DNA of 49,361 nucleotides from Octopus bimaculoides (Eukaryota), in NCBI RefSeq assembly GCF_001194135.2, contig NC_068990.1:66949355-66998715 (forward strand). Reading direction: 5' to 3'. Position numbers and translations under genes: made by a program. The notes below the pieces were generated by a model, which was not told the DNA's origin, did not search any database, and saw only the letters and a list, made by a program, of their open reading frames with translations. Below, piece by piece: positions 1-11,863 of the stretch. Position 1 is the stretch's first letter; each line of letters begins with the position of its first letter.

Positions 1-204
1 GCCCGTTTTCGTGCGGGTGACACGTAAAAGCACCCACTACACTCTCTGAGTGTTTGGCGTTAGGAAGGGCATCCAGCTGTAGAAACTCTGCCAAATTAGA
101 TTGGAGCCTGGTGTTGCCATCCGGTTTCACCAGTCCTCAGTCAAATCGTCCAACCCATGCTAGCATGGAAAGTGGACGTTAAACGATGATGATGATGATG
201 ATGA
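1..204 (+). mobile_element. 3' end of an RTE-type LINE (3' UTR + (GAT)n tail); 5' part lies outside the window
   Basis: aagggcatccagctgtagaaactc...ccatgctagcatggaaagtggacgttaaac(gat)n closely matches the 3' ends of the RT-bearing copies ending at 18872 and 29110. Confidence 0.85.
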
Positions 205-691
205 TATATATATAATATAGATTTAATTGAAAGATTAAATGTGGTACTTAAAATGTTTGAGGCACCAGAATTTGGTAGGGTAAAAACCAAAAACAAAATC
301 AAGAGATTTGGTGAATAAAATTTGAAGAAAAGCAACAAAAATTCAATAGGTTATAGCAATACGTATGTTTTGTACAAACTCCATTTATTTATGTAGTGAG
401 AACACCACATAAAATGTGCAATGAAAATGTACTCCCCAACTGCATAATGGAATTTCATTTTAGAAAGTCATTTCGTAGATGTGTGCAAAAACAAGAGTAG
501 GAGAAGAAGAAAATACCATCTTGACTGGGCTGTCAATCAACAGTCTAGTGAATCAAACAAGAATTTAATTTCTATATATTCTAATTCCAATTAGCAGAGT
601 GGAATAAACATGTCATTGGTGATGAAGTGTAAAAGAGGTCACAAAATGCAAATAAGAAAGATGTGACAAGATGACGTGATGATAGATATAT

Positions 692-746
692 GTAGTAGTA
701 GTAGTAGTAGTAGTAGTAGTTGAAGTAGTAGTAGTAGTAGTAGTAG
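692..746. repeat. (TAG)n trinucleotide microsatellite
   Basis: Direct reading; one interruption (ttgaag). Confidence 0.95.
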
Positions 747-3103
747 GGACCATGTGCTGTAACAAGGTGTCATTGCATTCAACGTTTGTGGGTGGTTCCC
801 TATTCCTGATGGATGAAGCCTTTGTACCACTAAAGCTGAAAAACCTCCAGCCAATGGGTCTGTTTGGGTAGCTGTCGCTAGTGAGAGTTTTATGCAGTCG
901 GAATGCAAACCGTATCTCAACTTCTTTTAGTTAACTTTTACGACACGACACGCAGAGAAAAATAGATACTGAAGTAAAATTAAATTATTCATTTAATCTA
1001 TAAGATAGAGGAACGAAGATGTATTTCCTTGTAGGAAAAGTTTTTCAAGTGTTCTGAGTTTGATTTGAAGAATGCAAATGGTAAAAGAAAAAAGAAAAAA
1101 ATTGGTGATGATGAGGATAATGATGATGATACGCTGTAAATATCAGTTTCTGCTTTGAAAATGACCCTTGTAATAATTTATATCTATATGTGCACACACT
1201 CACACACTATATACATATTTACACAAGCACACACACATATACATACATGTGTGTATAATCAATGTATGTGCAGGCAAGGTTGTGTGGTGAAGAAATTTGT
1301 TTCCTAACCAGTTTGGTTTTTGGTTTTCAGAATTTTATTTTAATTTTAAAAATGTTTTCATAAATATTTTCCAGTTTGTTTTATTCTATAAGTTTTATAT
1401 TGAAAAGAATAAAGCAAGCAAAAACTTCCCCATTGAAAATGTTGCCAAATGAATGATCAGACACTATAGTTATTTAAAGTAAGACTTCAACAATAACTAA
1501 AATATCTACAGAAAAATGTGTCTCATTCAGAACATAGTCACATGCTTCATTTGTTTCCATGCATTGGGACTTTTGACCAACTGAATTTTTACTAATGCTC
1601 TTCTGTTTTTTCAATATATGAGTTAACAGAGCACACTGTCAATAATTTTATAATTTTTGTTCTCTCACACACACACACATATATATATAAAATTAAAGTG
1701 TAGAAATGGTGCACTCCAAATGAATAAATTAATGCAATCCGATGGTAGCAATGCATCCTGGTGTCGCCAGGTGTTATAACCTACAGCCATATTGTATTAT
1801 TTGTTCCTTTCATATGGGTTTAATCAGCACAGCTGATATATTGTGAACTGGATTACAGGTGTAATAGAAGTTATTGTTTGTTTAAAAGTGAAGGAGGAAA
1901 GTACAATTTGCATGGGTTTGAATGAAAGTGCTTTCTGTTCTTAAGAAGGATCACAAACTATGTATTGTTTCATCGTATAAAATGGGATTAATATGATTTT
2001 GCCCAGAAATCACATTTTCAAAATTTTAGTTTTCCCCCATCCCCACTGCAATTTCTTAATTTGTAGCTTTTTTACGAATTTTTTTTTTAATCCATGTAGA
2101 AAAATACAGAGATTATGAATCTGGGAAATATTTTTATTTTTAAAGTTTAAATTTTCTTAAAGAAACATTCAATGCCCCTTCCCCCACCTCACCCACCCGT
2201 CAGCTACCCACTTTCAAAAAGCTGAAAGCACTCTATGTTTCACTTTTGTCTNNNNNNNNNNNNNNNNNNNNNNNNNNNNNNNNNNNNNNNNNNNNNNNNN
2301 NNNNNNNNNNNNNNNNNNNNNNNNNNNNNNNNNNNNNNNNNNNNNNNNNNNNNNNNNNNNNNNNNNNNNNNNNNNNNNNNNNNNNNNNNNNNNNNNNNNN
2401 NNNNNNNNNNNNNNNNNNNNNNNNNNNNNNNNNNNNNNNNNNNNNNNNNNNNNNNNNNNNNNNNNNNNNNNNNNNNNNNNNNNNNNNNNNNNNNNNNNNN
2501 NNNNNNNNNNNNNNNNNNNNNNNNNNNNNNNNNNNNNNNNNNNNNNNNNNNNNNNNNNTAAGAAAAAAGAAAATTCTTAAAGATTCAAACGCTCTGTTTT
2601 TTTTTCTCTGTGAATTACCAAGAAAAAAAATTTGAAAAATGTCAAAACTGAAGAAATTGGGATGGGCAGGGAGAAAATTAAAATATTGAGAATGTATTTT
2701 TTTGGATAAAATCCGAATCGCCTGTATTGAAAACATAAGAATCGGAAAAAAATCAGTAGTGGGTGAGCAAATGTCACCTTGGACATGTTAGAAACAATAG
2801 GTAAAGACAGGATTTCTGGAAGAACTTCATTTTAAATTTATATCAAAGATCAGGTTTTTAAATATGCTCATCACAAACATGAATTACAGAATAGAAAAAG
2901 GTGATTACAATTGGATTTGAGCTGTAATTTTGTGCATGTACATAGCAAGAAATAACATAATTACATTGCAAGAAATAACATAATTCATACACTCTGTGTA
3001 TGTATGTGTGTGCTAAAGGAAGTTATTTCATGGCATTCTTTCATTTCAAGCAGGAAAGTTGTCAACTTGACCATATGGTCGATCATATGGGATCATATGA
3101 TTG

Positions 3104-3767
3104 TTTGTAAATTTCCATAAATTTAAAAAAAATCTTTATGCTTTAAAGAGAGCAGAAATTCAAAGAGAGGAGAAAGTGAGGAGGCAACATTTGCTTTGAA
3201 ATGAGAGCTAAAGGTGAAAAAGAGGAAAAAATGAAAGATGCATGTACGCATATATGAAATGGATGTGTGCACGTGTGTGTATGAGAGAGAGTGTGAGTGA
3301 TGGTGTGTGTTGTCATGTGTGTACTATTTTGCATACATAAATACATATGCACACATTATTTTTGTATGTATGTGTGCATATGCATGTAAGAGAGAAAGTG
3401 AGTGACTGCATTTGCTCATAACATAGAGAAGGGAATGTCTTTTAAGGTACAAAGTCATATAGAAAATGTGACGTCGTCATTGTCATGGTATAAAATGTCT
3501 TTTAGGATAGTTAAATTACTGAAAGATTATAATGTAAAATTTTTGTAATGCAAATATATAAATGAAAATAAAGTTTATTTGTTAGCTGAAAGATTATTGA
3601 ATCTTTTGATACCCCATACGTCAACATCAGCAGCTCAGTTTTTGAATGTATTTGTAAATTTCCATAAACGTTTTTTTTTTTCTTTATGCTTTGAAGAGAG
3701 CAGAAATTGAAAGAGAAGAGGAAGTGAAACTGCAACATTTGCTTGGAAGTGAGAGCAGAAAGTGAAA
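3104..3767. repeat. Diverged ~115-bp direct repeat (3104-3219 and 3651-3767)
   Basis: tttgtaaatt(t)ccataaa...ctttatgcttt(a/g)aagagagcagaaatt(c/g)aaagaga...gcaacatttgctt...gagagc...gtgaaa is present twice. Confidence 0.8.
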
Positions 3768-3826
3768 CTAACCATTTATTGTCTCTCTCTCTCTCTCTCT
3801 CTTCAAACACTTCTTTTTAATCTTAG

Positions 3827-4470
3827 CACATAGCAAGGCATTTTGAGGGGAGAAGGCAAGTTGATTACATTGTCCTCAGTACTTGAGGATTCTAGATTTT
3901 ATCGACCTCCAGAAGAATTACAGGCAAAATTACACTCAGTGGTATTTAAGTTCAGAATGTAGAGAGCTGGAAGAAATGCCACTAAGCATTTTGTTTGACA
4001 GGCAAACAATTCTTCCAGCTTGCCCTCTCACTCACTTCTCTTATATAATTTTTTCTATAATCACAGCAAGAGGCCAGTGATTTTAAGAGTGGGGCAGGGA
4101 TAATCTGATTACATTGACTCCAGTACTCAACAGGTAGTTTATTTTATTAACACCATAAAGATGAAAGGTAAAGCCGGCATTTGGTAGAGTTTGAGCTCAG
4201 AATATAAAGAACCAGAAGAAGTGCCGCTGAGTATTTTATCCAAATACACGAACAATTCTAACAGCTCACCACCCTCAATAATAATGCTTTCTAATTTAAG
4301 GGGTGTAGGTAAATCAAGTACATAAACCCCAGTACTTGACTGGTTCTTTATTTTATCAAACCCAAAAGGTTGAAAAGCAAAGTTTTCTTTGATGGTAATT
4401 GATCTCAGAATGTAAAGTGCTGGTAGAAATGCTATTAAGCATTTTGTCTGATGCACCAATGAATATCTCA
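3827..4470 (-). mobile_element. Three adjacent, same-orientation, degenerate copies of a tRNA-derived SINE (here 'type N'): ~3827-4030, ~4071-4275, ~4285-4470
   Basis: Each has the gattacat..cagtact..ttttatc..gaa.g..aaag..ttgagctcagaatgtaaag..gctaagcattttgt module order, the reverse complement of the copies at 10001 and 43141. Confidence 0.7.
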
Positions 4471-5039
4471 AATAGTAGAACTTTTCTATACGAAAGACTA
4501 CTGGGACACATGAACTTTTGATAGCACTAATAAATATTAGCTTCTTTCTTCTCAGATATAATTGAAATTTTATTGCTTATGGCAACTGAGAGATTAAATA
4601 AGCAAAGAAAAATATGTAATGAAATAAGATAAAATAGTTAAAAATGTAAAATTTCAAAACAGAAAAAAAATAAATGAAAAACAAAAAAACAAATTAATAC
4701 AAAAATAAAATGAAGTAAAAATTCCCATAATCCATCTCAAAGTTGTTACATTCTGTTACTTTAGAATTGTGTGAATGTGGAGAGAGAAATCAGGAAGAAA
4801 TTAGTTATAAAGAGGTGTTAGGTTTATAAGGGAGACCCTGCAAAATTAGAAATCAGTTGTATGGAGGTTGATCCTGTTTGTAGCAAATTGCAATAAATAA
4901 ATAAATAAATAAATATGAATGTGTATATAAGATTCTGTATAGGTTAATATAGGAAACCAAGACAAAAAAAAACAAAAGACGTAATATAATGTAGTAACAA
5001 CTGGATATATGCATTTATAGAGATGTGCATGTATGTATG

Positions 5040-5055
5040 AACACAGCACAAATGC

Positions 5056-5090
<35 letters not shown>

Positions 5091-5260
5091 TAGCTGCACA
5101 AAAGTTAGATTTATATATACATGGGCTTTTGTGTGCATATATATATATATAGATATATTTGCATAATTTTATTATGGTGTGTTTATATTTGTCTTTGCAT
5201 ATACATACACGTTTATGTACATGAAAATTTATATTTACATACATATTTTGGAATAATCAG

Positions 5261-5309
<49 letters not shown>

Positions 5310-5450
5310 TTTATGTATATACACATACACATTGATGTATATTATATATGCACTCATGTCAACTCACGCATACAATGTTAATTACATGAACGATTTCCTC
5401 CCATTTAATCCAACCACAGAGCTAATGTACCAATATTATACATCAGTCAT

Positions 5451-5491
<41 letters not shown>

Positions 5492-5494
5492 TAC

Positions 5495-5549
<55 letters not shown>

Positions 5550-5553
5550 ACAC

Positions 5554-5584
<31 letters not shown>

Positions 5585-5600
5585 TTCATATACATGCACA
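5040..5600. repeat. Compound (TA)n/(CA)n microsatellite region
   Basis: Direct reading; source of the YIYI/HTHT ORFs in the track. Confidence 0.95.
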
Positions 5601-5829
5601 CACACATCCTTTTTTTCCTCTATTGGCTGTCATTTTGTTCCTTTTTATTATTTTGTTACATGTGCCTCATTAACAAGCAAACCAACATAAACATCAAAAT
5701 ATTATATAATAGTCATACATTAAAGAATTGTTGCAGATATGATTCTGTTCTCTGTGGGAAAAATAAAACACAGCCTATACAATAATCAACATCACTGACA
5801 TTTGTTTACTTTTATATGGGAATAAGTTG

Positions 5830-6050
5830 AAAGGATTTGTACAACAAGCATATTTCTAGTCTTATTTCCAGTGTGATTTCACCTAAATCATTTCTGAACT
5901 CTCTAAGGTCTGATTTAACTACACCTTTCAGGATCTCCCTACTCTCTTTCTATCTACAATTGGTCCAAAGGAAATTTCACTTAATGCAACAGATATAGTC
6001 TTTGTACACTACATGGCTATAAAAGCATTTCCTAATCTTTCATATAGCAG
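5830..6050 (-). mobile_element. Highly degraded RTE-like 3' ORF fragment
   Basis: Minus translation ...ILKGVVKSDLR... resembles the RPRKTWxEVVKxDLR end of the RTE copies in this window. Confidence 0.3.
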
Positions 6051-6194
6051 CTAATATTTTTCATATTCATGTCATTTTTCCCAATATTTTTATCTGCAAT
6101 GCTAAATCTTTTCTCACATCTTATATAAATACACACAAACACACACATACACTCACTCTCTCGCTCTCCCCCTCTCTCTCTTACACACATATCA

Positions 6195-6640
6195 TCTGTA
6201 GGTATGTTCATGTGCTTAGGAAGTTTGCTTTACAGCCATGTGATTTCAAGTTCAGGCTCTCTAAAAGGTGATTCCATTTATAGCTTCAGGCCAACCAAAA
6301 CCTTGTGAGTAGATTTGAGTGACAGAAACTAAAAATAGCTTGTTGTTGTTGTTGTTGTTTTTCTTCTTGTTCTTCTTGTTCTTCTTGTGGTTGTTGTTGT
6401 TATTTGTTTGCTTGTTTGTGTGTGTGTTGCTGTCTCCTTGGTTTGATATAATGCTATAATTGTTAGTGTCACCAACATACAAGCAATGTCATTTATTTCT
6501 AATTTCCTGTGAAAATGTCTGATCATGGGGAAATTTTACATTGCTAGGTGAGGGTATGGGATAGAACAACTAACTGCAGAAAATCTGCCTCAACGAATTC
6601 TGTCTGAACCATTTGAGCATATGAAAATGATGATGATCTC
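6195..6640 (+). mobile_element. Degenerate SINE, type-A head with RTE-like tail
   Basis: ggccaaccaaaaccttgtgagtagatttg head module, internal microsatellite, then gaaaatctgcctca...(gat)n tail. Confidence 0.55.
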
Positions 6641-7190
6641 CCCCCTCCCCCTCTCTCACACACGCGCATATGTATAATGTCACAAACAAACATTGAGATT
6701 CTGTGCATTTTGCTGATTGAATTTACTCTTAGTAAAAGACATTTACCCAATGTAGTGCACAATGAAATTGAAAGTGGGCATAAATGGTTGCAAAACATTT
6801 GTGAACCACCGAGCCATACTTGTAGTATCCATTTCCAAAGAAAATTTGTTAATCAGGAGAGGCAGAGGAGAATGGTGGCAACCTTTGCAATCCACTCCTT
6901 ATTCTAGGTCAGGCCTTAGCCAACTCGAATTATATTGCAGGCCACTTTAATCACAGAAAGGTTTTTGAGGGCTGCTTGGTATACTTTATGCACTAATAGT
7001 CAAATAACCAAATTACAGCATCAAGAATTTTTCAGACATTTCGTTTGTTTAAAATTATAAAATTGTAGACTATTGCTTTATTGCCACTTATAAACTTTAA
7101 ATTACTGTAACAAAAACAGTAGTATCTTTCTTTTTTTACTTTTCATTACAATCTTTAGTTCTTGATAAAATCTGAAAAATGTTTGTTTAA

Positions 7191-7411
7191 CCCTTTCGTT
7201 ACCATCTTGGCTGAAACCGGCTCTGGCTCTTTAGTACAAATGTCTTGTTTTCATAAATTTTGAATTAAAATCTTGCACCAAACCTTAGTTACAATTTATG
7301 TTCCTAACACTAGCTTAATGGTAATGAAGTCATTTTACTAAATTCTTTGTTATATCTAAAATAATTGAAAGAAACACAGAGCATCTCAAAATGAATATGG
7401 TAATGAAAGGG
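7191..7411. mobile_element. piggyBac-type MITE (221 bp) with TTAA target-site duplication
   Basis: TTAA(7187-7190)|ccctttcgttacc ... ggtaatgaaaggg|TTAA(7412-7415): 13-bp TIRs with 1 mismatch and CCC...GGG termini. Confidence 0.9.
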
Positions 7412-7443
7412 TTAAATAAACCCATTTCACGAAGATATAAGTC

Positions 7444-7487
7444 TGCAGGCCACATGCACCCCATGGGCCTCAGGTTGGCCAGCACTG
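7444..7487. mobile_element. Isolated end of a hAT-type DNA transposon/MITE
   Basis: ggccacatgcaccccatgggcctcaggttggccagcactg resembles the GGCCGCATGCGGCCC...GGTTGGCCA..CCTG terminal motif of hAT elements; no partner end seen. Confidence 0.5.
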
Positions 7488-7584
7488 TTCTACGCTAATG
7501 AGAATGAGATGAATAAGTTTCAGAGAGGACATTGGTAGATCAAGCCTTGGCTGAAAAATATTCAATTGCAGCTTGGCAGATATT

Positions 7585-7955
7585 TTGGCACAGGCATGGT
7601 TGTGTAATCAAGATGCTTGCTTTACAATTTTGTGGTTTCAGGTTCAATCCCATTGCATGGTACCTTGGGTGAGTGTCTTCTGTTATAGCCCTGGGCCAAC
7701 CAATGCCTTGGAAGTGAATTTGATATACAGAAACTGTGTGGGAGCAACTATATGTGTTTTTATGTGTGTGTGTGTGTGTATGAGCCTTTTGTGTGTCCCA
7801 AATCACCACTTGACAACTGATGTTGGTTTGTTTATATCTCTAATTTAGCAGTTGGGCGAAAGAGAATGATAGAATAAGTACCAAGTACTTGGGTCAAAAT
7901 AAGTACATGGGTTAATTTGTTTGATTAAACTGTTCAAGACATGACCCAGTACCTG
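7585..7955 (+). mobile_element. Degenerate type-A SINE (tRNA-like head, CORE-like accttgggcaagtg box)
   Basis: Colinear with the younger copies at 31397 and 44522. Confidence 0.75.
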
Positions 7956-8605
7956 AAACAAGGGGAACATCAGGATAAAAGATTGTTGTGGGTTATAGAT
8001 CAAGGTGAAATATATTTCTCCTGGAGTCTTGATAAATGGATAGAGTAATTTAGGTAGAGGAGTTAGGTTAGTAGAGGTTATTGTTGTAGAATAATTAAAG
8101 AAGCTGCATGTCTGACAACTATATTGCTTATGAACTGAAGCAATATTATCTTCTCTCTATTGTTCCAATTTTTAACAGTAAAAACTGTTGGTTTTGTGTG
8201 CTGTTATTTTGCTTTTTAGCCTTGGGTCAGACCTGATGGAACTGAGCTATAATGAAAGATGCTCCAGTTGTTGAGTACTCTGCATTTTTTTTTATGTCTA
8301 GGGGATTGTACATATTATTCCTTACTGTTTTTAAGGTGACTGAATATATTGAAAGAATAATTGTCATAAACACTTGCATGACTTTGGTTTGGATGTGACT
8401 TGAGTTGTCTGTATCTGTAGCCATCACAACACTTTCACATTTGAAGTATATATAGATGTACTAAGGAAACGTTGACCAATAATTTTGATTTGTAACATCC
8501 TTACTCAACTGATATACTCTCAGTATCATATTTTGCACTATGACAACAACAACAAACTTTCCCTAACTACCTTGTTCATTCCTATTTTTCTTAACTATAT
8601 AAGAT

Positions 8606-8743
8606 AGGGAGAAAACTGTAGTGTCCATGTCCCTTTCCTTTGTCAGGGAAAACAGTGTCTATATCTCACCCCTTTGTCAGGGAAAACGTAGTGTCTATGT
8701 CCCTTTCCTTTGTCAGGGAAAATGTAGTGTCTATGTCCCTTTA
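8606..8743. repeat. Minisatellite, ~36-bp unit agtgtctatgtccctttcctttgtcagggaaaacgt, ~3.5 copies
   Basis: Direct reading; the second unit is slightly diverged. Confidence 0.9.
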
Positions 8744-10000
8744 CTTAGCTGAAGGGAGAAAGGAAAGAAACTGTCTTCAAACCAGTCTTTGCCTTAATAC
8801 TTGCACCAGAGAGAATCATATTGAGTGAAGATAGCCAAGGACCAGTTGGTCGTATAAACCGGAATGTAGATGTAATTTACAATTCCAATAACTCAAAATG
8901 TAAAGAGCTCTAACAAATTCTATGAAGCCATTATTTAGATGCTCTAACAATTCTGCCCATCTACTTGGTAAAGATAGGAATTTTACTTTCGTGAATACTG
9001 AAAGAAAGAAAGTTAGATATGACCTTGGTAGAAACTGAACACAAACTGCAGTGAGTATGACAAATAGTATGAGACACTTTTATCTACACTTTAATGACTC
9101 CTCCAATTTACTGCCTTTGATGTCTTGTTGACATAATCCATGGCCCAGTTTATTAATACCATCGAAGAACATTACTCATTGGTTTCCAACCTTTCTCTTT
9201 CATCATTTGCCCTCTTCTCTCTTTTTAATTCTTTTCTTTTTCTTTGTGTACTTCCACTATTCCCCTTCTCTTTCTACTTAAATTTCTGATGAAGGGCTAA
9301 TGTTAAAAAATTAAAGTACTCTCATTTCATCTTTTCAAATATAAAATAATCTAATAATTGCCAAAAACGTTTTCTTTGGGCTGTTTTTTTTTCAATATTT
9401 GTTATTCTTAAACCAGCCCCTTGCTCTTGGTTGCCATTATCTGAATCCACTTTGTTACCAGCATTTAGACCTGTTCTTTTGTTCTGAAAATATCTTTATA
9501 TCTCCATTTACTGATCCTTATTGCTGCAACCCATAAGCTGAGATTTCTTGATCACTTTTCCTCTACTAGCCATGAAGGACTTACAAAAGGTCATTTACAC
9601 TGCTGTTTCTTGTCTAAGTAAGCCTTCAACATTAAAATGACTCGTGTATAAATACCTTCAGATGTATCTGTACACTTCAGCTAGAAAATGTGAATAATAC
9701 TACAGTTGCTATAGTATTTTTATTCTGCAATTGTTTATTGTTCTTCCTATTAATAATCTGAAATTAATTCAGCTGTGATTTTTCAGATATTGGAAATACT
9801 TTCAGCAAATTAATTTAACATAAATATTTATTTTAAGTTTCCAAATATTTATAAAAATATTTCTGAGTTTGAGATTTTGTGCAGGTTTCATGTTTGATAT
9901 ACTGCATGTGTGATAATTAAGAAGTGATTATCTTTTATGTATATATGTTATTTATTTATCTATTTATTATTATTATTATTATCATAATTATTATTATTAA

Positions 10001-10200
10001 GTAGTGAAATGGCAGAATTGTTTGCATTGGTAAAATGCCTAGCAATATTTCTTTTAGTTCTTTCATGTTCTGAGTTCAACTTTGCTTTTCATCCTTTCAG
10101 GTTCAATAAACTAGAGAACTAGTCAAGCACTGGGAGTTGATGATATAAATTAACCCCAACTCACCTCAAAATTGCTGGCATTGTGCCAAAATTAGAAACA
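10001..10200 (+). mobile_element. Type-N tRNA-derived SINE, degenerate
   Basis: tggcagaattg A-box-like, ttctgagttcaa B-box-like, ctttgcttttcatcctttcagg central module. Confidence 0.7.
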
Positions 10201-10405
10201 ATTTATTTACAATGTGTGTGTGTGTGTGATTATCATCATTATTTAGTATCCATGGTCCATGCTAACATGAGTTGGATTGTTTCACAGAATCCAACATGTC
10301 TAAACACTGCATCATGTTCAAATGTCTGATTTGGCCACACTTTCTATGGTTATATATGTAACTATATTCACTGAAATAATTACAAGTACTCATCTATATT
10401 CCTGC

Positions 10406-10437
<32 letters not shown>

Positions 10438-10539
10438 ATAATGACAGTCTCAGCAAAATTTGAACTCTGATTATAAAGAGACATAATTAAGTTTAACAAG
10501 GACATTTTGTCTACTGCTTAATCAGTTCAGTCAATTTAC

Positions 10540-10880
10540 TGTGAAGACATATGGCTCAGGGATTAGAGTGTTGGGCTCACAATCATAAGTTAGTGAGTTT
10601 GTTTCCCAGATTGGGCTATGTGTTGTGTTCTTGAGTAAGACACTTTATTTCGTGTTGCTCCAGTTCACTCAACTGTAGAAATGAGTTGCAACATCATTGG
10701 TGCCAAGCTGTATTGGTGTTTGCCTATCTCTTGGATAACATGAGTGGCATGGAGAGGGGGGGCTGGTATGTATGGGTGACTGCTGGTCTTCCATAAACAA
10801 CCTTGCCTGGACTTTGGAGGGTAACTTTCTAAGTGCAATCCCATGGTCATTCATGACCAAAGGGGATCTTTACCCTTTAT
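10540..10880 (+). mobile_element. tRNA-derived SINE of a third type
   Basis: tggctcagggattagagtg head, gtgttgtgttcttgagtaagacacttt central box, unrelated 3' body ending ctttacccttt. Confidence 0.65.
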
Positions 10881-11145
10881 GTAAATCTTATTTGATATTA
10901 TTGAATACATTTAAATCATATTTGATATTATTGAATCTTGTTAACATTGAATCTTTTAAACATGTTTTCTACTTCACAATTTGAAATGTTTACCATTAAT
11001 AAGCAGAAAATATTGTTGAAATTGGTTTGATATGTATGTAAATAAATTTATTTACAAACAATTAGAAGTTTTTCAAATTCAGGTGCATTTTCAACAACAA
11101 ATTTTCCTATATTTTTTCCTGTGTGGAAATACACCCACTCTTTTG

Positions 11146-11180
<35 letters not shown>

Positions 11181-11272
11181 AAAGGTTGAAGAGGAACACA
11201 CAAGTAGATATATATATATATATATGGAAAAAAGACAAAGTAGAAAATGCTAAAATACTTTTATAAAAAACA

Positions 11273-11314
11273 TTACAGTACTGGTTTCGATCCTTGAGAT
11301 CTTTTCAGCAGTAA
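11273..11314 (-). ncRNA. Second copy of the same hammerhead-like motif (C3/A8 mismatch, stem III palindrome broken)
   Basis: Minus strand: ttactg-CTGAAAA-gatc(tcaag)gatc-GAAA-ccag-TA/ctgtaa. Confidence 0.35.
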
Positions 11315-11863
11315 ATATGAATAATAAATTTTGGTAAATTCAAAAGAAAAGTCTTTTTAAAAACATATTTGTATAGTATTCAAATACCAGAGGCATTTTT
11401 CTTGTTTCTGTCTGTCTCTGTTTCACTTGTTAACTCTTGTGAGTTTGAGGTCGTTGTGAATTCTTGGCTAAGAAGAAAGAAGAAGTGGGAGTGCTATGAT
11501 AGAAGCAGAGTGTTGATTGGTTGAGTGTCCTGACACTGACCTGTTCCTTTCCACCACCTCCTCCCTTACTTTATTACTACTACTGCTGTTTAGAATAACA
11601 CCTACGCAAACATTATAAACAATACAGATCACTATGACCGTCAACAGGTCAATGTCAGGACACTCAATCAATCAACACCCTGCTACTATCATAGCACTCC
11701 CACTTCTTAGCCAAGAATTCACAACGACTTCAAATCCAAAAGAGTCAACAAGTGAAACAGGGACAGACAGAAACAAGAAAAATGCCCCTGGTATTTGAAT
11801 TCTATACAAATATGTTTTTAAAAAGACTTTTCTTTTAAATTTACCAAAATTTATTATTCCTAT

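Noticed and set aside
639-925. Minus-strand open frames, including one reading ...YPNRPIGWRFFSFSG...MVPTTTTTTSTTTT
   Set aside because: No usable acceptor or start; the poly-Thr/Leu comes from the (TAG)n repeat; more likely a repeat fragment.
2233-2736. Long ORFs spanning N runs (also 11841-12620, 13720-14380, 33137-33355)
   Set aside because: Artefacts of translating assembly gaps as X.
4846-5673. YIYI/HTHT/CVCV-type ORFs here and throughout the window
   Set aside because: Translations of (TA)n/(CA)n/(TG)n microsatellites.
7960-8560. Possible LINE or Penelope-like coding relic
   Set aside because: The composition is suggestive, but I could not find a diagnostic motif in any frame.
8606-8743. 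CRISPR-like appearance of the 36-bp repeats (and of the 16-bp array at 40587)
   Set aside because: No unique spacers, no cas genes, eukaryotic context.
9280-9320. CTGATGAagggctaatg as a functional hammerhead
   Set aside because: The 3' half of stem II and GAAA have decayed (gttaaaaaatt).
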